Below are positions 8,394-18,700 of a DNA stretch of 64,000 nt, piece after piece. Origin of the DNA: Lachnospiraceae bacterium. GTDB taxonomy: Bacteria; Bacillota; Clostridia; Lachnospirales; Lachnospiraceae. Under the pieces are notes generated by a model, which was not told the origin of the DNA, did no database searches, and saw nothing but the letters and a program-made list of their open reading frames with translations. The first letter of the stretch is position 1. Every line of letters starts with the position of its first letter. The stretch spans positions 26,315-90,314 of the forward strand of contig JAJPWX010000036.1 in assembly GCA_021205755.1 (NCBI GenBank). The letters are read 5' to 3'. A program made the translations under genes and the position numbers.

Positions 8394-9491
8394 ATGGCGA
8401 ACGAACTTATTTTATCCGTAAAAAATCTTAATGTGAAATTCCATCTGCGCGGCCAGGAGCTCCACGCGATTCGCAACGTTTCTCTTGATATTTACCGCGG
8501 CGAGAGCATCGCGATCGTAGGCGAGTCCGGTTCCGGTAAATCCGTCTTTACGCGAACCTTCATGGGACTGCTGGATTCAAACGGTTATATCCCCAGCGGT
8601 GAAATCCTTTATTATGGCAATGGCCCTGCGGGCGGAACCGATACACAGAAAAACAGTCCTTCATCCGGAATCGATCTGTCGAAGCTCAAAAAGGAACGCG
8701 ACTGGCGGGCCATCCGCGGCGGCGAGATTGCCATGATCATGCAGGATCCGATGACCAGCCTGAATCCGCTGAAATCCATTGGCTCACAGATCGCGGAAGC
8801 GATACGCCTGCACCAGCCAGATATCAAAGGCTCTGCGGCCATCAATGACAAGGTCATCGAATACCTCCGTGAGGTCGGTATCCCGGAGCCGGAACGGCGC
8901 TGCAAGCAATACGCACATGAGTTTTCCGGCGGAATGCGCCAGCGTGTGGTTATTGCCATCGCGCTCGCGTGCAACCCGAAAATTCTGATCTGTGACGAGC
9001 CTACAACAGCGCTGGACGTGACAATTCAGGATCAGATCATCCATCTTTTAAAGGAATTAAAAGAAAAATATCAGCTGACCATCGTCTTTATCACCCATGA
9101 CCTCGGCGTGGTCGCAAACATCGCTGACCGCGTGGCTGTGATGTATGCCGGCGATTTTGTAGAGATCGGCATGGCGGAGGAGATCTTTTATGATCCGCGC
9201 CATCCCTACACCTGGGCGCTCCTCTCTTCCCTGCCGCAGCTGGGTGAACGCGGAGAAAAGCTGTTTACCATCAAAGGCACCCCGCCGAACCTGTTCAAGG
9301 AAGTCAAGGGCGACGCCTTTGCACCGCGCAATCCGCGCGCGCTGAAAATTGATTACATCAAAGAACCGCCTTATTTTGAGATAAGTCCGACGCACAAGGC
9401 TAAGACCTGGCTTCTGGATCCGCGCGCACCGAAGGTGGAGCCGCCCGAAGCCATCCGGAATCTGAAAGATCTGGATAGCGTGTATGGTTAA
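8394..9491 (+). CDS. ABC transporter ATP-binding protein (OppD-like)
   Basis: Walker A GESGSGKS, signature FSGGMRQR, Walker B ILICDEPTTALD, and an oligopeptide-type C-terminal domain. Confidence 0.9.
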   Translation: MANELILSVKNLNVKFHLRGQELHAIRNVSLDIYRGESIAIVGESGSGKSVFTRTFMGLLDSNGYIPSGEILYYGNGPAGGTDTQKNSPSSGIDLSKLKKERDWRAIRGGEIAMIMQDPMTSLNPLKSIGSQIAEAIRLHQPDIKGSAAINDKVIEYLREVGIPEPERRCKQYAHEFSGGMRQRVVIAIALACNPKILICDEPTTALDVTIQDQIIHLLKELKEKYQLTIVFITHDLGVVANIADRVAVMYAGDFVEIGMAEEIFYDPRHPYTWALLSSLPQLGERGEKLFTIKGTPPNLFKEVKGDAFAPRNPRALKIDYIKEPPYFEISPTHKAKTWLLDPRAPKVEPPEAIRNLKDLDSVYG

Positions 9492-9599
9492 AATCCAGAG
9501 AAGCTACAGCTATTCCGTGCAGAAAAGCCAGGGCAGAGTTTTACAAAATAAGCAAAATCGTATCCATAAAAAGCCGAACGATTGAGGAATGAATATAAA

Positions 9600-10535
9600 A
9601 TGAATACAGGAAATGAAGTACTGTTCGAGGTCAATGATCTTCATGTGACCTTCGGCAAAGGGAAAAAAGCATTTGAGGCTGTCCGCGGCGTTACCTTTCA
9701 GGTACACCGGGGCGAGACTTTCGGCATCGTCGGCGAGTCCGGCTCCGGCAAGACAACCATCGGTCGCACCATCATGCGCATCTATACCCCGTCCCAGGGC
9801 AATGTTATTTACAAAGGAGAGCAGATCAGCGGCAAAATCAGCAAAGCCCTGGATAAAAAGGTCATTCAGGAAATCCAGATGATTTTCCAGGACCCGATGG
9901 CGTCCTTAAATGAGCGTGCCAAAGTAGACTATATCGTCTCCGAAGGCCTGATCAATCTGCGCGGCCGCACTCTGAAGGAAAAGGAGCGCCAGGAGCTGGT
10001 CGCGAAAGCCCTGGAGGATGTAGGACTTCTTCCGGAATTTGCCAGCCGCTTCCCGCATGAGTTTTCCGGCGGACAGCGCCAGAGAATCGGCATCGCCCGC
10101 GCCCTGATCATGGAACCGGAATGTATCATAGCGGATGAGCCCATCTCCGCGCTTGACGTCTCCATCCGCGCACAGGTGCTGAACCTGCTGGCCGACCTGC
10201 AGAAAGAAAAAGGCATTACCTACATTTTCATCGCCCACGATCTGTCCGTTATGCGGTACTTTACCGACCGAATCGCGGTGCTTCACAAAGGAAAAATGGT
10301 CGAGCTGGCCGAAACCGAGGAGCTTATCTCCCACCCGGCGCACCCCTACACCAAAGCCCTGCTCTCAGCGATCCCCATGCCGGATCCGATTCGTGAGCGG
10401 AAAAAGAAGCTGTTCGTATACGATCCGGCCATCCATGACTATGACCAGAACCCGCCGAAATGGACAGAAATCTCGCCTGGACATTTCCTTCTGGCGAATG
10501 AAAGGGAACTGACAGATGGGTTTGGGCAAAAATGA
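9600..10535 (+). CDS. ABC transporter ATP-binding protein (OppF-like)
   Basis: Trimmed to [14 protein letters not shown]. Walker [10 protein letters not shown], signature FSGGQRQR, Walker [12 protein letters not shown]. Confidence 0.9.
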   Translation: MNTGNEVLFEVNDLHVTFGKGKKAFEAVRGVTFQVHRGETFGIVGESGSGKTTIGRTIMRIYTPSQGNVIYKGEQISGKISKALDKKVIQEIQMIFQDPMASLNERAKVDYIVSEGLINLRGRTLKEKERQELVAKALEDVGLLPEFASRFPHEFSGGQRQRIGIARALIMEPECIIADEPISALDVSIRAQVLNLLADLQKEKGITYIFIAHDLSVMRYFTDRIAVLHKGKMVELAETEELISHPAHPYTKALLSAIPMPDPIRERKKKLFVYDPAIHDYDQNPPKWTEISPGHFLLANERELTDGFGQK

Positions 10536-10613
10536 GCTGGATCAACCCGCCTTACGTCGTTTACTATATATTAAGGATACAGCAAAAACTACCATATATG
10601 AAAGGATTCCGAT

Positions 10614-11558
10614 ATGCACCCAAAATTAACACTGGAAAAACGCATCCAGGCCGAAATATTCGGCTATGACGGCAAAATGAGCGTCTATGTCAATGATTTA
10701 AAAGGAAACGAAGTCGCACTGGACGCTGACCAGCCTTTTGAGACAGCCAGCACCATCAAGTCCTTTATTTTGGCCTGTCTGTTCTCGCAGATCGAAGCCG
10801 GAAAAGCAAGTCCGGATGACGTCCTCGTCTGCGACCAGAAATACTACATCAACGGCAGCGGGCTGCTGCGTTCTTTGATGGAGACCGCCAATTCCGCTTC
10901 CCCTATTGCCAGGCAGGACCCCCACGCCAAAGCGGATAGCTCCGCAGCTCACGCCGCGGATGCCAGCACAGCGCCTAACCGTATTTCTCTGCGCGCAATC
11001 GACGTGGCGACTTTAATGATCATCATCAGTGACAACATCGCCACGAATATGCTCATCGACTACCTTGGCCTCGATACGATCAACGAATACATCCAAAGTC
11101 TCGGCTATACGCAGACGCATCTGCACAATCCGATCGACTTTGACAAATACGACCAGCTTGGCACGACAACCCCCCGCGAATACGGCAACTTTTTCGTCCG
11201 CCTCGCAAAAGGCGAGCTGGTGAGTACCGAAGCCAGCCGCCAGATGCGGGAAATCTTCAAAAAGCAGCATTACAACAGCACTCTCACCCGCTACTTCCCG
11301 CAGTATTACCTCGACTGCGAAGAAACGGAGGATGAGGAATTGATCTATGTCGCCTCCAAAAGCGGCAGCATGAACGCCTGCCGGAACGACGGCGGCATCG
11401 TCCATACGCCCTACGGCGACTATGTGATCGTGATTATGAATCGGGAATTCCACGACATTCTCGAACACTACGAGCATGCCGGACAAGTCTACGGGGCAAA
11501 AGTCAGCCGCATGATCCTTGACCAGTATCTGGCGCTCGAAGGGCGGCTGGTGCTGTGA
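10614..11558 (+). CDS. Serine hydrolase, class A beta-lactamase fold, apparently cytoplasmic
   Basis: SxxK (ASTIKSF), SDN (IISDNIATN) and KSG (ASKSGS) motifs in the right order. No signal peptide. A low-complexity insert of about 40 aa (SASPIARQDPHAKADSSAAHAADASTAPN). Confidence 0.75.
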   Translation: MHPKLTLEKRIQAEIFGYDGKMSVYVNDLKGNEVALDADQPFETASTIKSFILACLFSQIEAGKASPDDVLVCDQKYYINGSGLLRSLMETANSASPIARQDPHAKADSSAAHAADASTAPNRISLRAIDVATLMIIISDNIATNMLIDYLGLDTINEYIQSLGYTQTHLHNPIDFDKYDQLGTTTPREYGNFFVRLAKGELVSTEASRQMREIFKKQHYNSTLTRYFPQYYLDCEETEDEELIYVASKSGSMNACRNDGGIVHTPYGDYVIVIMNREFHDILEHYEHAGQVYGAKVSRMILDQYLALEGRLVL

Positions 11559-11650
11559 CGTTCCATGTCGCGCCCGCGCCCACGCTGCTGGACGCGGAGA
11601 ATACGAATAACGCAAAAGATGCGGGGCATAATTTTCTGAATTTTCTGCCC

Positions 11651-11679
11651 TTGACAAACCTGGCCGAAACCTGTATATT
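11651..11679 (+). promoter_or_regulatory. Candidate sigma-A promoter TTGACA-17-TATATT upstream of the SRP RNA
   Basis: Perfect -35, 17-nt spacer, 5/6 -10. It lies about 105 nt upstream of the predicted SRP RNA 5' end, so the assignment is uncertain. Confidence 0.3.
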
Positions 11680-11784
11680 GATGAAGTGCAATGATTCCGC
11701 ACAGGACTTTACATTTGCTGCAAAGTCCGTATGAAAACGTATAAAATGAATCCGTTTTCTGATTTTCTATATGGTATCACATTT

Positions 11785-12047
11785 CCGTGCAGCCGGGGAG
11801 ATAGCGGTGCCCTGTCGCCTGCAATCCGCTACAGCAGGGGTGATGCCGAGCTTAGGGCGTTCTGTTGTGGAGCTGCCCCTGATAAGTGATGTTGACGTCT
11901 GGGTCTTGCGCGGCAGGAATCCGTGAACCGTGTCAGGTCGGGAACGAAGCAGCACTAAGCGGAACCACCTGGGTGCCGTAAGGTAGCCTGGACTGAGTTA
12001 ACTGTCAGGGTAACGTCTGTGACAGGCGTTCGAAGCGAGGCGCACGG
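11785..12047 (+). ncRNA. ffs: Signal recognition particle RNA, large Bacillus-type (with Alu domain), about 263 nt
   Basis: Domain IV core GUCAGGUCGGGAACGAAGCAGC at about 11932-11953 matches the universal GUCAGGUCCGGAAGGAAGCAGC. The terminal helix CCGTGC (11785-11790) pairs with GCACGG (12042-12047). No credible ORF. SRP RNA next to tadA is a known Firmicute arrangement. Confidence 0.85.
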
Positions 12048-12060
12048 ATTAAAATACATC

Positions 12061-12537
12061 ATGAATGAAGATGAAAAATACATGAAAGAAGCCCTTCGGC
12101 AGGCGAGAAAAGCGTATGCACTCCGTGAGGTACCAATCGGATGTGTAATTGTCTATAAAAATCAGATCGTTGCTCGCGGCTACAACCGCCGCAATACCGA
12201 CAAAAATACCACCGCGCACGCCGAGATCAACGCCATCCGCCGCGCAAGCAAGAAGCTTGGCGACTGGCGGCTCGAAGGGTGCACCATCTATATCACCCTT
12301 GAACCCTGCCAGATGTGCGCCGGAGCCATCGTCCAGTCCCGCATCACCCGCGCCGTCATCGGCGCCATGAACCCCAAAGCAGGCTGTGCCGGCTCCGTTT
12401 TAAATATCCTGGAAATACCGGAATTCAACCATCAGGTCGTTGTCGAACGCGGCATCCTCGAAGAAGAATGCAGTACGATGTTATCCGGGTTCTTCCGCGA
12501 GCTGAGGGAAGCCAAAAAGCACACTCCCATAACCTGA
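12061..12537 (+). CDS. tadA: tRNA adenosine(34) deaminase TadA
   Basis: Trimmed to MNEDEKYMKEALRQARKAYALREVPIG (compare the B. subtilis TadA N-terminus). Zinc motifs HAEINAI and PCQMCAGA. Confidence 0.9.
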   Translation: MNEDEKYMKEALRQARKAYALREVPIGCVIVYKNQIVARGYNRRNTDKNTTAHAEINAIRRASKKLGDWRLEGCTIYITLEPCQMCAGAIVQSRITRAVIGAMNPKAGCAGSVLNILEIPEFNHQVVVERGILEEECSTMLSGFFRELREAKKHTPIT

Positions 12538-12637
12538 CATTTTACGATATCCTCTGATAAAAAATTGCGGATATTGTCCTGTATAACCGCAAATCCAGAC
12601 CCGAACAGCACTTCGCAATCGCACATACACAGAGAGA

Positions 12638-12675
12638 GGAGACGGCAAGCCGTCTCCCCTTCCTTTCTTTCCTGA
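12638..12675 (+). terminator. Hairpin GGAGACGG-caag-CCGTCTCC followed by a C/T-rich tract; probable terminator between convergent tadA and the adhesin gene
   Basis: 8-bp perfect stem at 12638-12657, then CCTTCCTTTCTTTCC. The 18 nt at 12640-12657 are identical to 22357-22374. Confidence 0.5.
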
Positions 12676-12711
12676 TTTTCTGTATCAGATGTCTTTTTCT
12701 ATGACTCTACC

Positions 12712-15700
12712 TTATCTGCCTGCCCGTCTCTTTCTCTCAGTCAGGCCAGCCAGCATTACCAGCACTGCTGCCAGCATCATCAGCATATACGGAAGAACCT
12801 GCATCGTATCTCCGGTCTGAACAGCCGTTGCCTCAGTCTCAGATTCGCTTTCTGTCGCCTTTGTCGTCTCGGCTTCGGTCGTCTCTTCCGATTCTTCTGC
12901 CTCAATCACGATTTCTTTATTCGTGATCGTCACTGCCGCGTCCAGATGATCCGGATCGAAGGCTGCTGTCGCTCCGTCTACGGTTACCTCGTACAGGAAG
13001 CCATCGGTACCTGCCACCAGATTTCCATTCGCGTCTACCTCAGCTACGTAGAGGGTCGTACCTTCCTCAGCTTCGATCATCACATCTACATTTACGCTTA
13101 CGGTGGAGCCGCCCGCCAGGCTCAGTGCCACGATGCTCTCCGATACATTTGCTGCCAGTGTCGTGCATGCTGCATCGGTGAAGATGCCTGCATAGAATAC
13201 GGCGTCACTGTTCAGGGCATTTCCATTCGAATCGGTCAGCGTCTTTGTGATGGTCAGCGTCCCCGGCCAGTAATAGCCCTTCGGCAGGGAGTAGAACTCG
13301 TTCTCAAAGATCACGGTTGCCGTTCCGTCCGCGTCCTCTACCACGGCAGTATTGCCGTTGTTGAAGGTCGCGTAGTAGATCGTACCATCCGCTTCTGTAC
13401 CCATCGTGATCGCGTTGCCGTTTGCGTCGCACTCAGCAATGTAGTAAGTTCTTCCAAGATCAATTCCCGTAAAGGTCGCCGCCGCGGCAGATGTATCTGC
13501 GAAATTCAGTGCCAGCACATCCGTCGCCCGCTCGGTGCACTCTGCATCCAGGTACAGCGCCACATAATAGGTTGCGCTCACCGCCTTGATTGCGTCTCCG
13601 CCCAGGGTCAGGTTCTTAACTACCTGAATGGATGCGTTCTCACTGGACTCATAAGTCTCAGGTTCCGTTTCCGGTTCGGTTTCAGTTTCGGTCTCCATTT
13701 CCGTCTCGGTTTCTGTCTCAGATTCGCTCTCAGACTCACTCTCCGTCTCAGGTTCTTCTGGAGTTGGAGTCGGGGTTGGCGTCGGCTCCTGCGGTTCCTC
13801 TTCCACCGGATTTTCTACCGTATTGGTGTCAACAGCTGCCGCATTGCCAATCTGTACCGATGCGTTATTCTCCACCGCCGCATCCGTCTCACCGCTTTCT
13901 ACGGTTAATGCATTATGGTTCACTTGCACCGTCAGCGTCACGCTGCCGGAAGTGAACGGGGAAACATTTTCCAGCGTCCAGGTCACCGTATGGGTCGCTG
14001 TATCATATACGCCATCCCGGTTTGCGGACACGAAGGTTACGCCCGGATCCAGCTGGTCAGTGATCGTCACCGTCGCTGCTGTGTTATTATTGTTGTAATA
14101 ACCAATTCGATACGTAATCCGTTCCCCTACGGTTACCGTTTCGCCGTTCTGGCCGGCGCTGCTGTCCGAATCAACCTGTTTGGTCGGCGCTTCCGGCGCA
14201 TCCGGGTCAATCGGGTTCTCCACCTCGTTTGTCCAGCTCTTATACTCGTTGCCAATTTCCAGATAAGCCTTATTCTGAATAGCAGCGGTCGTCTCGGTAC
14301 CATTTAATATCTTCGCGTTCTCATTGACGGTTACGGTCAGAGTGACGCTTCCCTGCGTTCTCGCCTTGACATTGTAGATTGTCCAGGTCACTGTATGGCT
14401 TGTTTCATCATACACGCCATGGTTCGATGCCGATACGAAATCGACTCCCGCATCCAGTGCGTCCGTAATGGTCACCGTCACTGCCTCACTGCGATAATTA
14501 TAGTAGCCAATCGTGTAAACCAGCTCATTGCCAGCTGCAACTGCCTCCCCGTTATCGTCCGTATCATCGCTGTCGCCGATTTCCACGCTCTTGGTCGGCT
14601 CTACCGGCTCTTCCACCGGATTCACCACCAGATTCGTCGTCGCTTCGTTGTCGCCAACCTTCACAACCGCGTCATTTTCTACCTGATCCCCGGCACTCTC
14701 ATTTACCTCTACGGTCAGAGTAACGATTCCTCCTGTGAAAGCGTCCACACTTCCCAGATTCCAGGTCACGGTATGGGTCTGTGAATCATAGATTCCACCA
14801 TCGGATGCAGATACAAAGTCAACGCCCGCATCCAGTTCATCTACGATGGTTACCACTGCTGTCTCATTGTTGTGATTATAATAGTCAATGTCATACGTGA
14901 TCTGGTCGCCCGCAATCACGCCGCTGCCTTCCAGGCCGGACGCACTGTCCGCTGCAACCACCTTCGCCGGGTCGCCCGGAGCATCCGGATCCACCGGATT
15001 CTCTACCGGAACAACGGATTCCGCGGTTTCATTTCCAATCTGAACGGTTGCGTTATTTACCACGGTCGCTGTCGTCTCTCCGGCATTTACCACCTTCGCG
15101 TTCTCATTTACCATAACAATCAGGGTCACGGTTCCCTTTGTCAGAGGCGTCACATCCGTCAATGTCCACGTCACGGTATGCGTAGTCTTATCATAGACGC
15201 CATTCGCGGAAGCGGAGATAAAGTTCACGCCGCTATCCAGCGTATCCACGATGGTAATCGTTGAGGCCGCATTGTGATAGTTGTAATAAGTAATATCGTA
15301 CTCGATCAGACTGCCAACGCCGACACTGTCATATGCGCCGTCCCCATCCTTATCGGTTCCGGACGGGCTGCTGCTGCTGATGGTCTTGGTTGGCGTCTCC
15401 GGCGTGTCATCATCCAGCGGATTCTCCACCAGATTGGTATAAACTGCCGTGTCATTGCCAATCGTCACAGAGGCTTCATTCGCGATGGAAGCGATATCCG
15501 TATAGGACAGAGCGTTTCCAGTTCCCTGTACATCGTAGGTGTTCGCGGCCAGCTTCGCCTCATCGTTGACCTTCACTGCCAGTGTTACCTCACCATAGGT
15601 ATAAGCCGGTGTCTCCAGAGTCCATGTCACGGTGTGTGTACCTGAATCATACGAGCAGCCCTGTGTTCCCCATACAAAGTTCACGCCCTCATCCAGTACA

Positions 15701-18700
15701 TCCACGATGGTCACGTTTGCCGTGGTGCTGTAGTGATTGTAATAGCTGATCTCGTAGTATACGTAATCTCCAACGGATACGTAGAGATTGCTGCTGTGTT
15801 CAGGATCAGTCTTTGTCTGGTCTGCATAATCCGCATCCTCGACCGATGTCACTTCCTTGGTCGGGTCTTCCGGATCATCGTCCTCTAACGGATTGGTGAC
15901 AAGATCTGATGTATACTCATTCCCTGCCACTGTTACTGTTGCCTGATTGTCAATGTCCGCCGTCTCGTCGTCAGCATCCGGCGTTCTTGCGTTATCGTTG
16001 ACTTCCACGGTCAGCGCCACAGTGCCTTTTGTGAACGCTTCCACACCAGTAAGCGTCCAGGTCACGGTGTGCGCGCTGCTGTCATACGTCACAGCCGCCC
16101 CGGCTGCAGCGGTGTCTTTGTTAACCGTATTTCCGTCTTTATCTGTTGCGCTGACGAAATCCACGCCTTCATCCAGCACATCCGTGATGGTGATGTCCGC
16201 TGTTTCATTAGTATAATTGTAATAGGAAATGGTGTAGGTTACCTGATCTCCTACTGCGAAATACAGATTTCCGTCATCATCCAGTTCTGTCTGCTCTGTA
16301 CCATTCTCATCTGTGATTTTCTTTACTTCCTTATCCGGGCCATCCCATGTCTCATCGGGCTGAGAGTTTATAAAGTCAAATTCATACTCGCCGTCCGCCA
16401 CAAGGGTGAAGCTATCCTCCGTCAGATACGTGAAGGTCTCTCCGGATGCTGTCGTACCCGGGATCGTATTCTCCTCCACCTTGTAGCTGTACGCATAACC
16501 AAGGCTGTCATACATCGGCAGGCCGACATATTTGCTTCCTGTCGTGTCATAATACCAGTAAATATTGTATTTCCCGGTATACTCGTTATTCGCATCCTTT
16601 TCCCATACGACGATATAGGTGGCCTCAGCCCCGGTGCCTGCACCACTATTCTGGCCAGTCACATCCGTCAAAGTCGTAACCGTGCTGCCATCGCTGTTGC
16701 GGGTCACCGTAAATGTGATATCCGTGTAATCCGGCGTCACAGCGTCTTCCGCGTCCACCCAGGTCTTTGTACCATAAAGCTGTATCTCTTTCGGCTCAAT
16801 GATGTTGGTGATGGTATAACGATTCGTGGAGGTATTGTTATCCGGAACCGCTTCCGCGTCCGCTGTAGGATCCGCCGTACTATCTGAAGGATCTGCCGTA
16901 TACGTGGTCGTATAACCACTTATGTCTGTCTCCACTACCTTCCAAGTGTATGCGTTTCCTTTGGAGTCGAACTCCGGCAGACCCTGAATACGCCAGTAAT
17001 CCTTATTATACGTACCCCAACTTACCGCATAGGAACCAGTGCCGTCAATGCTGTAGGTTCCGTCACTGTTGGAAACCCATGCTTTCCAGGAACCCTCAGT
17101 AATGTTTGTGTCTGTCGTGTAGTAAAGCATCAATGCCACTTCGCTGCTGTTTGTATGACTCTGCTCGCCGTCTACCCAAACTTTCCTGCCATAGATATCC
17201 ACACTTCCCTGGTCAAAGGTATTCGTGATCACGACGTCGTTTTTGCCATCTTTATTCATATCTTTCGTGCCGGTTGTGGTAACATTAATTTTTAATTCCC
17301 CGTTTCCGGCATCTGTGATGGCTACCGATATTCGTTTGCCGTAGGATGTCGTATCATAGGTCACGCCGTCTGCGCTGCCGACAACCTCTTTTACAAGATA
17401 CACATAGGTCTTGTTAACATCCTTCTGCGTATATTCGATCGTACCAAAGCTGATCGTACCATCTGCGGAATTCGTGGCGGTCACATACTCCTCTCCAATC
17501 GCCACATATCCGTCCGTGACATACGTATCTCCCGCCGCAGCTGTTACCGCATCTGACGGCATTGGCGCGGAACTGTCAGCCGCCACCAGCAGGAAGGTAA
17601 ACTCTCCCGCCTCCAGAGCGCGTCCTTCCAGTTCCTTATACGCAGTCAGAGTCGTGCTTCCGGAGGCCTTGTACGTATTTGTAAATGCGTAGATGGTGTT
17701 CGAAAGACCGCCGCTGTAGTCTGTCCATGTTGTATTGGCATCCGGCGTGGTCGTTTCCTTATCTGCAGTGCCATCATACTTGGCATATTGCACACTCGTC
17801 ACTTTCAAAACAGTCTGGCTATAATTGTCCGTTTTAGAATCTACTACAACTTTCAGCCAGTACCATGATGTGTCATAAGTCATTCCCGTCTCAGAACCTG
17901 CTTTCTCATAAGCCTTATAATAATAGGTTCCGGTACTTGTATATTTAAAGGTATGGCTGAACACACCGCTCGCATCGTTTTTCACTTCGATCGCGCTGCC
18001 TGCCGCAGTCCAGGTTCCACTGACATTTTCATACTCCTGTAAAATGACTGCGAACTCGCCCACCGTGATGCTGCGTCCTTCCAGCTTCTTGCGAACGCGC
18101 ATCGTATAGGTGATCGCGTCTGTGTCATAGGTATTGTTAAATACCGCTCCGGAAGATGCTTTCACATTCTCCGATGAGTTTTCTCCCTTATAGGTGGTAT
18201 AAATCTCATACGAGGATGTCAGGTCACCGTTGCTGTCTCTGGAGACCTTCACAACAAGGGTATATACCGTAGAGTCATAGCTGACGCCGGAGACCAGAGT
18301 GTCATCCTCATAGATCTCATACACATAGGTGCCGACCTCTGTGTAGGTGAACGCACCTTTATCATAGCTCCATGTAACTGAGGAATTACTGCCATTTAAC
18401 GTCGCCGTTGTGCCGCCGACAGCCACTTCTTCATCATTCTCATCCAGAATGTAGAAAGAAAATTCACTGCTAAAGCCAGTGCCCGAAATGACAGAACTTG
18501 TAAAGGACTTGCTCACTTTAGGGAACGCAGTCGTATCCTTCGTGAGATCAATCTCCTGCTCCTGGTTTGTGACTGCCACTTCTATCGTGGTGCCTTTTGC
18601 GGCAGAAGTCAGGTCAATGACATAATAGCCGTCGCTGTTCGCAGTTGCTGCAATGCCGCCAACCGTCACTGTCACGGTATATGCATGGTCATTCCCGCTG

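Noticed and set aside
13657-13795. Regularly spaced short repeats (6-nt ES/ET/EP units here, 21-nt units at 21527-21652) that could superficially look like an array.
   Set aside because: They lie in-frame inside the adhesin ORF and have no spacers. They are coding low-complexity or tandem repeats, not CRISPR.
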